From Anthoceros angustus (Eukaryota; Plantae; Anthocerotophyta), in assembly GCA_010909165.1 (NCBI GenBank), contig MU008150.1:589116-653115 (forward strand): DNA of 64,000 nucleotides, given 5' to 3'. This document shows, piece after piece, positions 37,308 through 48,511 of this stretch (its first letter is position 1; the number at the start of each line of letters is the position of its first letter). The translations under genes and the position numbers were made by a program. The notes under the pieces were generated by a model. It was given only the letters and a program-made list of their open reading frames with translations. It searched no databases and was not told the origin of the DNA.

Positions 37308-38192
37308 ATGGCGGACTCTGACAATCCTAGCGCGGTGGAGCTGGTGGTGCTCAGGTCGGGACAAGACGGGGCGCGCCGCAGGCAGGCCACGACGACGACC
37401 CAGCTTGGGCCGACCCAACCCTCCGCCGCACCGCGACATGCATCGGCGTGGTGGACAGGATCGCAGGGAAGCGATTTCTGCTGGAAGCAACACCGGATTT
37501 CCGCGACCAGCTGCACCGATTCTCCACCGTTTTCCGCACCACGGACCTTCCTCTGTCCGGAATCCTGCTCACCCACGCCCACATAGGGCACTACACCGGG
37601 CTCATGTTCCTGGGTCGGGAGGCCATGGGAACATCCTCTGTCCCGGTCCACGCCATGCCGCGCATGGGCAGCTTCCTGGCGACCAACGGGCCGTGGAGCC
37701 AGCTGGTGGCCTTGCGCAACATCGAGATCCGGGAGATGGCGGATAGGCAAACTGTGGAGCTCACCCCCCGGCTGCGGGTCACGCCGTTCCTGGTGCCCCA
37801 CCGGCAGGAGTTCTCGGAGGTGGTGGGTTTCCGGGTGGAAGGCCCCAGCCGACGGGCGCTCTTCATCCCGGACATCGACCGGTGGGAGGACTGGGACAAG
37901 GAAGGCGTGCGGATTGAAGATGAAATCCGGGAGGTGGATGTGGCGTACCTGGACGGGACGTTCTTCGACCAGGGCGAGCTCCGGGGCGGGATATGAGCGA
38001 TATCCCGCACCCCACCATCGCGTCTTCCATGGCCCGATTTGCCATCAGTCTGCCGGAAGAGGAACAGTCAAGGTGCGCTTCATCCATCTCAACTGGTCCA
38101 ATCCCGCCCGGTTTCCGTTCTCCCATGCCTCTTTTGCTGTCCGGGCAGCCGGCATGCGGGTTGCCGCGGAGATGGAGCGCGTTTTCTTGTAA
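37308..38192 (+). CDS. Bacterial-type PqqB/PhnP-like metallo-beta-lactamase-fold hydrolase, intronless
   Basis: Restoring one G in the run at about 37368 gives LVVLRSGQDGGAPQAGHDDDPAWADPTLRRTATCIGVVD; then LLEATPDF, LTHAHIGHYTGLMFLGREAM, MPRM..NGPWSQLV, VPHRQEFSEVVG, FIPDIDRW, LDGTFF, (R)DMSDIPHP, VRFIHLNWSNP; about 295 aa. Confidence 0.88.
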
Positions 38193-38196
38193 AGAT

Positions 38197-38268
38197 GGGC
38201 CCGGTGGTTTGTTGGTAGCATGATCTTTCCCTCCAGCGCTGATTCGGGTTCGACTCTCGGCCGATGCG
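38197..38268 (+). pseudogene. Decayed tRNA-Gly-like sequence
   Basis: CCGGTGGTTTGTTGGTAGCAT...GGGTTCGACTCTCGGCCGATGC parallels eukaryotic tRNA-Gly (A-box, B-box, 3' acceptor CCGATGC); 5' acceptor strand and anticodon arm are broken. Confidence 0.5.
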
Positions 38269-38460
38269 TAGCTCTACGCGATAAGCCTATACGAGGAAAG
38301 TTCGAACATACCGTATACGTGATTATGCACACGTAGAGAGCGGGAGTGCCGCGGAGGATGGAGTCCCAGCGATGTGCCCCCACGAGACGAGATTGCCCTC
38401 AAGGTAGGGAGCACGAATGCACGTCTAAAGCAGGAAAGTTAGTCCTGAAGCCAATGTCCG

Positions 38461-38817
38461 AGAAGGAACAGGAAGAAGTGCTTTGAGGGCATGCTGAGAA
38501 TCTAGAAGGAACAGGAAGAAGTGCTTTGAGGCATGAGGAAGAAGTGCTTTGAGGGCATCTTGAGAATCTAGAAGGAACAGAAGAAGTGCTTTGAGGGCAT
38601 GAAGAAGTGCTTTGAGGGCATGCTGAGAATCTAGCTCTAGCGTTTGGTCTCTTGAACACTCCTAATGGCATGGCGTTTGGTCTCTTCAACAGAACACTCC
38701 TAATGTCATGCTGAGAATCTAGAAGGAACAGGAAGAAGTGCTTTGAGAGGGCATGCTGAGAATCTAGCTCTAGCGTTTGGTCTCTTGAACACTCCTAATG
38801 GCACAACTCCTAATGGC
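38461..38817. repeat. 43-bp minisatellite interleaved with a second motif
   Basis: Unit AGAAGGAACAGGAAGAAGTGCTTTGAGGGCATGCTGAGAATCT plus GCGTTTGGTCTCTTGAACACTCCTAATGGCA; some copies truncated. Confidence 0.9.
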
Positions 38818-39020
38818 ACACCTCTGCGGTGAGATCGGCTGTCAACAGAGAGACATTGTAGTAAGGGCCATCATGGGTACTGTGTGCATTGATTCGCATG
38901 AGATTCGCAAAAGGTTGCTGCAGTTGAAAGGAGTGACCATGAGAAGTGCTTCTCCTTCTAAGGGGTATACAAATTTGCATACGAATTTGCTTAACGCTGT
39001 CCGTGTTCTAATCAATCGAT

Positions 39021-39592
39021 CCATTGCGCAGACCCGATGAGAAGCGTCAATCTTGGCTTCCAGGTCTAGGACCTCGCCAATTCACTCCACAAGAGACTTG
39101 CGATTCTCAACGCTCTCAACCTCACGACCACGGACTAGGCTCCAAGTAGCCCGCCGTCTCGGCGACTCGCGAGCCACCTCCTCGAGGTGCTGCTCTTTAT
39201 TACAAGAATACAACGATGGAATCGGCTATCTCATGGCCTCACGCCCTTGATTCCATGACAAGCTCACTAGCTAGCTCTCCAGCTCTCTCAACACAAGGCT
39301 TGCGCTTGCCTCTCTCAAAGAGTGAGTCCCCTTGTAACTTGTTCCTCAAAGCCCTTGCTCTAGCCCTTATATATCCTGACTGACCTTAACTAGGCATTTA
39401 TTAAATCTAGGGATTCTTACGGACCACTAATCACTAAGAGTCCTCTCTAGGCAGCTCTTCATTTGTGGTGCAATTCCTCTCTAACAAGAGATTGCATGAA
39501 GCATGCAACACATGCATCTTCTTAACAGACTACTAACTTAGCTTTTACCTTTTCAACTTTTCACCTTTCTACCTTGTTTCACGTGCGTTACT
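39021..39592. repeat. 3' LTR (left copy; outer ~10 bp diverged or missing)
   Basis: Direct repeat of 46757-47337; ends in GTTACT next to the polypurine tract. Confidence 0.88.
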
Positions 39593-41612
39593 CTCTCCCC
39601 CCAGGAAGATGTCATTGTCCTCAATGACCTCCGATTAAGACGAGATCATCCATGATCCTTGTTGCACATCTTCAAGTGAAACCAGACGGGATCTGCATAA
39701 CCACGAAGCCTTACGGATACTCGGTACATTACCACCAGACGGTGGGCACTTCTCTCTGCGAATTCAACAATCTCCCGCAGACCATGATTGTGTTGAACCA
39801 GGATGACATAATCTTTCATGTTCATATCTTTATTCTCTTTCGAAATCACTTGCAAAGAGACATGAAACACATTATGAGAGAAGATCCATTCAGACAGCTG
39901 TAGTTTGTAAGCCACATTTCCAATGCGCTTCAGAACTACGAAAGGTCCTCCATACTTAAGCCTAAACTTTGAGGTCAGCCCTTGTGGCAGTGGGAAATTC
40001 TTCAATTTCACCCACACCTTGTCTCCTACTTGAACTACGCCTCTTGCATGCTGTCGGCCAAAACTTCTTTTGCCACGAGCCTTGGCCAATATCTTCTTAG
40101 CAACTTCATGCACGGCCCTTAAGCCTCAATGAATTCACGTGGTTCTCTTGCTGCTGTCTCAAACACGCTAGCATTCAACATGGAAACTACGTCCATTGCT
40201 TACTGTCATCGAAAGGTGTGTAGCACTGGAGCTATATGATATTATTATAACAAAATTGCATCCTCAAGATGATTACTCCATCTCATTGGTCCATCCATAG
40301 TGTCGTAAGTATTCTTCTTGGATTCATTCACCCTCTCATTGATCCATCTGTATCGGGGTGGTACGTGCTCATACATAATTGCACTCCTAAGCTCTTCATA
40401 ATTGCCAAAACTCTGCGTAAATCGGGATCTCTGTCACTCACAATGCAATATGTATCCATATATCCATGCTTCTTGAACAATGAGCAACTTTGAGCTTTCA
40501 CTCGCTTCTTTGTAGGGATGAAGTGTGCTTGCTGAATCTATCAACCACTTGTCATGATAGTGTGTCCATTCTTGGTGGCAATGGCATAATGAAATCCATT
40601 GATATACTTTTCCAAGGCCCACTTGGAATAGGCGGGGTTGCAACAAACCTCGTGGATTTATGCTCCACCTTATCCTGACGTCTACACAAGACTTAACATA
40701 CTCAACGTATGCTTGTACATTCGAGCCGATGACTTTCTCAACTTCTCATAAGTTGGGTCAATTCCTCTATGACTGCACTTGGCACATCATGACACTCTGC
40801 AAGCAACTTCCTTCTCAACACATGAGAATCGGGAATCACAATCTGTTTTGCTTGAACATCAACAAGCCATTTCTAAGCTTAAACTTAGATCCCGGTTGCT
40901 CCACTTCATTGATCCAATCACATGCTAATGGATCTCGCGGATAAGCTTCCTTGATCTGCGTGTGAGTGTCCTTGGCTCAATCACCATCGTATTGCTAGCT
41001 TAGGCCTCTTGATAAGCGGTTATCAAACTTAAACTACGCTTGCGACTCAAAGCATACGCGCGAGATTCTCCTTCCACGGCTTGTACTTGATAGACACATC
41101 ATACATTGCTAGGAAATCTTGCCATCTTTGTCTTGCGCTTAGTCGCGGTGATTTGTAAAAAGCTCGTGCTTACATTATACGTATGCAACAAAAGATCTTC
41201 CTAGAAGATAATGTCTCCAAATCTTGAGACAATTGATGGCAGTCATCTCCTTTTCATAAGTGGGGTACTTCCTTTTCATGTTCATGCGGCTTCCTTGACT
41301 CGTAAGCCAAGCCTACCTTCTTGCATGAGCACTCCTCCAATTGCAATATCGATCGGTATATACTTCTATATCCTTCTTTGGATCATAGATTGCCAATCTT
41401 GGGGTAGTCTTTGAGTTTCAACTTGACTCGAATGCCCTCGACATTCATCATCCACTTCCAAGCCTTCGCCTTCTTCAAGAGATCGATTAATGGGGCGCAA
41501 TCTTGGCAAACATCGGTACAAATCTTACATGCAGCTAGCCAATCCAAAACATCGCACCTCGTGCACATTCGTTGGCGGACAACTCTGTATAGCCTTTACC
41601 TTATCGGGATCC

Positions 41613-44281
41613 AACACGATAATTTTTGAAGGGGTTAATAATCTCGAAGGGGTTTTCCATAAATAATCTCGAAGGGGTTTTGATGGGCCCTAAAGCAGCG
41701 TTTTGAAGGCATTCGGAAAAACGACTCGAAAAAAGGTGTCACCGGTAAAGTTACTACTTTCCATCCGGCAATGTTTGTGTCGAATGGTGGTGCAAACTCG
41801 AACCTAGGGAATGATGCAAAGTAGGAGCGGTGAGGCCGTTCTGCGAGACGGTTGTAAACTCGATTTTGGGATGGAAATGTGGTTTTGTTATGACACCACA
41901 AAAGCCACGGTATTTCCTAACACGAAACATCGACGGACTTACAACATTAACTGGGACCCGGGAAAAAGCGAGATTTCGTTTCACTCATCCCGAGTTCAAT
42001 CCATCGTCATCACTTGGTCCGACTTCTCCTCCATTGTCATCACTATCTTGACACTTTCATGAGTTGTATGAAGCCACGCTTGAGCTTATCCCTTATCGCT
42101 TTTTGTCCACATACGGATGTTTCCGTCGTTCAACACAAACCCATGTCTGGGATATGTTTCATTCACAAATACCTCACTGTATGTTTTTAGGTAATGGACC
42201 TTATTCCCTTTTTCCTCGGCATTGGACGGATGGGTTACCACTCTGGCGGACTATGTATTCTGCACATATCTCCTTCATACGCATCTATGTGCTCGGTCCG
42301 ATACGTGGATAAGAAAGTGAGGTCGTGGTGCGTTTAGCTTCACGTCAATGACCTCCCAATCCGAATGGCCTAGTATGCGTGTCCGTATTGCAGCCTTTGC
42401 GAAACATCCCTCTCGGTTCCGTTATGTCCCCATTCATCGTGCCATTTCCAGTTGCCTTCCGCATTTTGATATGCCCCAAGTACATATCACGTGGGAGGTC
42501 CCTCAATAATGCCTCATCTAGCAAAGCTTCATCGGCACTTGAAGTGGTCATCTTGTATGATCCACTTCTGCGTGTGAAAACCACTTCCAAGAATGACTAG
42601 CACTAGCCCAATGTTATTCTCCACAATGATAGCAATCTCCTTCCGGTCCACCCAAAGGCTTCCCACCACTCTTTCAACGATCCTATGGGCGCAAATCTTT
42701 TAACCCTTCACGCAAATGGGCCACACCTTCCATCGGTGATAGGATACGTTCCTTCTTGTCCCCCTAGCTTCACCCGCATGCACCGTAGGATGGTGCTAAG
42801 GAGGCGCCAGCCGGCGCCCTCCCCATGTCTCCACTCATGGGCGCCGGCCGGCGCCCTCCCCTAACACCACCCATGGGCGGCGCCCTCCCCTAACACACCA
42901 CCCATGGGCGCCGGCCGCCCTCCCCTAGCACACCACGCCCATGGGCGCCGCCCATGGGCGCCGCCCGGCCGGCGCCCTCCCCTAACACACCACCCATGGG
43001 CGCGGCCGGCGTCCTCCCCTAGCACACCGCCCATGGGCGCCGGCCGCGCCCTCCCCTAGCACCACCGCCCATGGGCGGCCGGCGCTCTCCCCTAGCACAC
43101 CCTTGCGGCCCGTGGCGCCACGCCCCCGCCCATGGGCGCCGGCCGGCGCCCTCCCCTAACACCTGCCCATGGCGCCGGCCGGCCGGCGCCCTCCCCTAAC
43201 ACCACGCCCATGGGCGTGGCCGGCCGCCCTCCCCTAACACACCACGCCCATGGGCGTGGCGTCCTCCCCTAGCACACCACCCATGGGCGCCCGGTGGCGC
43301 CTCCCCTAGCACACCACCTTGTGGGCCGGCCGGCCGCCCTCCCCAGCACACCATGGGCGCCCGTGGCCACGCCACCCATGGGCGTGGCGCCCTCCCCTAA
43401 CACCTGCCCCACCCATGGGCGCCGGCCGCCCCTCCTCATGCTGTCTTCAAGAAAATATATATTTAGCGCCTCAAGAGTTGCAACTTGGGATTGTTGGTCA
43501 AGTGTTTGGGAAATAAGTGTAGTAATGAATAGGTTGCGTGTTCAAACCCGTATCTTCCTAACAACTCAATTTTGTTGATTTTAAGGATGCTTGCATGGGC
43601 GCATGGGCAACTAACTTTGTTCATTTTAAGGACGCTAGCATTGCCTTAAAGCCCAAGTGGTTGCATTGAGTGCGGAAGGTTGAAGACCACATTGGCGACC
43701 TTTTGGATGAGGGTCGGATGCTAGATCTTGTGTGGCGATCGACACCGTCGGTGAGCCCAAGAATGGTACTATTGAAGGCGAGCAAGCAATGGAGGAGAGC
43801 GACAACTTGAGGCGGAGGATATGGACCGCCTCCGAATATGGCGGTGGTACTTGACTCGGTTTGGCAAGGCATGGATGAGTCGTCGGGCCGCACTCTTGAA
43901 TGACTATTGTCGATCTTGATGACCACTTCTTCCTTTAGCGATTGTTTGTTGCAATGTTCTCACGACCATTGAAATAAGACTCCGCTAGTACAAGATTGTT
44001 TTCATTGTGTTCCACCACTTGAAAGTAAAAGTTTTCGGTTGTAATAAACATATGAAAATGGCAGCCCTCTATGCATTCTACAAAAGCAGCGGGCCACACC
44101 CTATTGTGCTCCAGTTCTCGGGTGTAGACTTGAAAGTGCATCTTTTATCAAAGATATGACCTCGGAAAGGGTGTGTGCATTATCAAAGTAGGGCACATAT
44201 CTTTGTTCTAGGAAAGGTGTTCTTAAGTGAGGGTCTTGTCTCGGCGAAGGGTCGATATCCCCCTTCAAAAATTATCGTGTT
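41613..44281. mobile_element. 2.67-kb terminal-inverted-repeat element nested in the gypsy RT
   Basis: Perfect 22-bp TIR AACACGATAATTTTTGAAGGGG (41613-41634 and 44260-44281), flanked by ATCC on both sides; removing it rejoins RT as ..MDPDKVKAI; subterminal CGAAGGG repeats; no transposase recognised. Confidence 0.85.
42803..43435. repeat. GC-rich ~37-bp minisatellite inside the TIR element
   Basis: Roughly 16 variant copies of CCCATGGGCGCCGGCCGGCGCCCTCCCCTA(A/G)CACCAC. Confidence 0.95.
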
Positions 44282-46756
44282 ATCCATCCACGATACCATC
44301 CATGAGAGACAATGAATCCTAGGAAGTCAATCTCTTCCTTAACAAAGTCACACTTTGTTATAGCTAAGAACAAAGAATTTGCTCTTAACCTTTCTAACAC
44401 TTTCCCCAAGTGTTGGACATGCTCTTCCAAGGTAGAACTGTATATCATAATGTCATCCAAGTATATCACAACACACTCGTCCAACAGATCTCTGAATATA
44501 GTATTCATGAGAGTCTGAAACGTGGCTGGTGCATTAGTGAGTCCAAATGGCATGACAAGGAACTCAAAAGATCCATACCTTGTTCTACAAGCAGTCTTGT
44601 ATTCATGTCCTTCTGCGATGCGAATCGGTAATAGCCATTAGATCCGACTTGGTGAAATACTTAGCACCTCTCAATCATCAAACAAGTCATCCATCCTTGG
44701 CAAAGGATAAGAATTCTTCAACATTATCGATTGAGTGCTCGTAATCCAAGCATAATCTCAATCCTCCATTCTTCTTGCGTGAACAACACGGCGCGCAAAT
44801 GGGGACTTTGAGATTCTCACATAGCCCTTGGCTAGCGTTGAACATCATCTGTCTCTTGACTCTTGTAGCTCATCCTGCGATAATCTATATGGCGCTCTTG
44901 AAGGCGGTGTACTTCACGGCTTGAGATCAATCTCATGATCTACAATTCTTCTAGGAGGTAAAGGAGGCAACTCATCGGCATCAAGTCCTTGAACTCATTC
45001 AAGGCACTGCACTTCCTTGGAATCTTTGGGCGCTCCACGAGACTCCATCTCAAGACCATCTTCTAGTCCTTGCAGACAAGTAAAAGTTCCTCTCCATCCT
45101 TTACACAACATTTGAGCTTTCTTAGAGATGATATCATCAATGTTGTCTCCAAGCCTCGCTTGAGAACGCACAACTCACTTTGTGCTCTTCATCTCCTAAG
45201 ATCGTATGGTGCGTGAGTCCACGTTCACACATACCTTGTTGGCCTTCATCCATTCTAAGCCCAAGATGATTTCATGATCATCCATATCTACAATGTGAAG
45301 CTCACGCTCCATTCCAATTCCCTATCTGCAGCACTTCTTGCAATTCACCTTTGTGTTGCGGCATTCCTTTAGCTTGTTTCACTCTACATGGCTCGATGTA
45401 CTAGCCCATGTCAAACCAAGCTTGCTTGCCTTGCTAGGAGAAATGAAATTATGTGTTCTTTGCTAAGTCAAGCAACATCCTCGCTCGCTCCATTTATACA
45501 TCCATGTATGTACATGAGCTCTCCACCCGCCCTCCGAATAGTCTCCTCTCACGAGACTCACCACATGCAGCCTTCGCAACATGTGGCCGATCCCGTCATT
45601 TGGGATCCTCGGATCCGCCACTTGTAATCCACGAGTCTTGGTCATGGATCTCCTTCCTACGTTGAGAGTCTATTCAGCATTCGGGCATTCATTTGCATAA
45701 TGTCCCGGCTCTCCACATGAGTAGCATACTCCTTTTCGAGAACCCATACTGGCTCTTCTCTGAGCTCCGCGGCCTCTGCGCGCTTCTCGATTTCTTCATG
45801 AAATTTCCTCTTGAATTGCCTCTTGCAATTCCATTTCCGCCTGTCCTTAGCGGCTCCTCTGCTCACTACTAGAGCTTCCTCTAGTGGGCATACCGACCAC
45901 AGTCTCGAAATCTTGGAGGAGTTGGATGTACTAGAATGGAAAGTATGGATGGCATCTGCTGCATAATGGCCTCTGCCAATGTAGTTGGACTATGCAACTC
46001 TCAGTGCATTGCCCAATCCTTCAAACCCGACCATGAAGCGATGCGGTTTGTCATCTTCACTCATGGTAGTGCGATTGCACTTCAGAAGGTACTTACATAA
46101 TCTCGTGCACTGTTTGCTTGATATTGTCAAGTCTTGTCTCGAAGCATTCGAGTTGGGCTTCTTGAGGGCTTCTTTGAAGGATGCCCGATGCAGATGGTAT
46201 GTGCTCGGTTACCAGGCAACATTAGCACCATAACCATGGACCAAAGCATAGCCCTTTAAGAAATTGCCAGCGGTACCTAAGTAGTACTCTCAACACGGAT
46301 GAGGCGAGATAAGTCTCAATAGAATAGATCCAAGAATCAATGACTTGCGGATCTCTTTCTCCCTCATACTTATCTGGTAGGGCTAGCTTCATGCTCGATT
46401 TGGAGCCACTTTGAAGATGCTGCGAATTCAGGAAGATTTCTTGTTGTTCTTCGCATCTTCGCCTTGTTGAGATGGGCTCTGGATTCTTCTTTGTCTTCTT
46501 CCTTGAAGTCATTACATCGTCAAGACACGGAAGAACTTGATAAAGTACTTCCACCATCCGTTCTTCAGTCCTCGACTTCTCTCGGATGGGCCTGCTCTCG
46601 GCGCTCTCACTTCCTCTTGTTACGATGATGAATCTTGAGCGGTTGAGGCGGATGATCGGCGAGGCTGCGCTTCTTGACCTCTCCTTACGCTTCTCATTGA
46701 CCATCTTGTGCACTCTCTAGTCACTCGGAGGAATGGACTACGCTCGATACCACTCA

Positions 46757-47337
46757 AGTAACACCCCTCACTGCTGCCCATGAGGAAGCGTCAAGTCTTG
46801 GCTTCCAGCCGGTCTAGGACCTCGCCAATTCACTCCACAAGAGACTTGCGATTCTCGCTCTCAACCTCACACACGGACTAGGCTCCAAGTAGCCCGTCCA
46901 TCGACGACTCGCAGCCACCTCCTCGGTCTGCTCTTTATTACAAGAATACAACGATGGAATCGGCTATCTCGCCCAAGCTCACGCCCTTGATTCCATGACA
47001 AGCTCACTAGCTAGCTCTCCTGACTCTCTCAACACAAGGCTTGCAGGCGCTGCACTGCTCTCTCAAAGAGTGAGTCCCACTTGTAACTTGTTCCTCAAAG
47101 CCCTTGCTCTAGCCCTTATATATCCTGACCTTAACTAGGCATGTTAAATCTAGGGATTCTTACGGACCACTAATCACTAAGAGTCCTCTCTAGGCTCTTC
47201 ATTTGTGGTCAGAATTCCTCTCTAACAAGAGATTGCATGAAGCATGCAACACATGCATCTTCTTAAGGCAGCTACTAACTTAGCTTTTACCTTTTCAACT
47301 TTTCACCTTTCTACCTTGTTTCACTAGTGCCGTTACT
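46757..47337. repeat. 5' LTR (right copy)
   Basis: Starts AGTAACACCCC 4 nt from the PBS and ends GTTACT. Confidence 0.9.
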
Positions 47338-47493
47338 CGACTAATCAAATGGAAACATAAGCTTCTACAATCGATTTGACTAATCGAATCGAAACATGGT
47401 CGCTTCTATGTGTGTGCGGCGGCTTAGCGAGGCAATTCGACTAATATGCGAAAATATAAAAGCGATGAAAGTTAAAAGTTATTTTTTTGCTAG

Positions 47494-47586
47494 TTAGGGT
47501 TCATTAAGTGCATTAGGTTCATTAGGGTTCAATAGTTATCTTCATTAGGGTTTATCTTTTAATACATTTGGGTTCATTAGGGTTTG
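47494..47586. repeat. Degenerate telomere-like TTAGGGTT repeats
   Basis: About five spaced TTAGGGTT(C/T) copies, interstitial. Confidence 0.6.
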
Positions 47587-48511
47587 TCTTATGGTACATA
47601 TTGGTACATTAGGTAGATAGGGATTCGATCACCGTATCTCCATGTCCCGATTGATAGTCACTTGGATGCGGATCAAACTTGTTGACCAAGGGCTCTTTGT
47701 TATTGGACAACGAAAAGGAGAAGATAATCTTTATGTATAGAACCTTTTTTATCACTTCTTTATGTTCTCTATTTTGATAGAATTGATAATTCTACAGCCA
47801 ATTTTTAATTTGTGGCAAGCATTCAAGAGAAGAAGTCTATTAACAAGTGACTGTTAATCCTTACCTAACTCTTTGAAATAAATAGTGGTCTAGCCCAATG
47901 ATAGTTATTCAAGTTATTTTAAGAGTGTGGTCGAGGTGTAGCTCATGTTTTCATGGTTTATTTTTCATTATTTAAATATCTTCCTTGTTTTTATTTTTCT
48001 CATAATTATTATATAGTTCTTCTTATATTTTAGTATTAGTTAGAGTCAGTTAATAATAGAATCATTACTTTAGTATCTTGTGATATAAACTCATATTAAT
48101 AATCAATAACTAGTTAATGTGATATTAGATAGCGTTATTTTGTTTTCAAGAAGGGTAGTTCAGTACTCATCCTTTATCGTAAGAAATATAAATCATTATT
48201 TCTTTCTCAGGCTTCCTTCACTTAGGTACTTGGCACTCATGTACTTTATTAACAATCATTTAAATAATACTTCCTTTATTATTTTCTTTTACTTTATTAA
48301 CAATAATTTAAATAATGCTTCCTTCGTTTTTTCTTTCGCATCCGTGGTCAATACAACTTGGTAGTTAACAACTTGTACACTGGTGTGCCTTGGTGCAGTA
48401 ACCAAGAGCATCCACTCACCCCATCTAAGTACCGATGTGAGCGAAGGATGCTTAATAAACGGCGTTCTTATAAATGTGTATCCATTTGGCCTCGCACCCG
48501 GGTTCAATTTC

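Larger units (their letters stand above)
39021..47337 (-). mobile_element. Ty3/gypsy chromovirus-type LTR retrotransposon, degenerate, with nested insertion
   Basis: Two LTRs of about 570-580 bp; PBS TGGTATCGAGC (46742-46752); gag LPDKYEGERDPQVIDSW; RT MPFGLTNAPATFQ..YLDD; RNase H; integrase GPF motif (KYGGPFVVLKRIGNVAYKL); chromodomain-like VRLRGYADPVW; PPT GGGGGGAGAG (39593-39602). Confidence 0.92.

Noticed and set aside
37217-37801. 194-aa antisense ORF (likewise 55175-55909 and the + strand ORFs over SCAR)
   Set aside because: Shadow ORFs opposite GC-rich coding sequence, with no motifs of their own.
37308-38192. PQQ biosynthesis operon
   Set aside because: No pqqA, C, D or E seen in the window, and the protein lacks the canonical PqqB N-terminal Cys motif; PqqB-like is only a family label.
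9361-38192. Metabolic gene cluster
   Set aside because: Functions are unrelated housekeeping roles (tRNA modification, Trp synthesis, ribosome, actin); no scaffold-plus-tailoring enzyme set.
38461-38817. CRISPR-like array (also 42803-43435 and 51714-51903)
   Set aside because: Units are contiguous with no unique spacers, no cas genes are present, and the context is eukaryotic.
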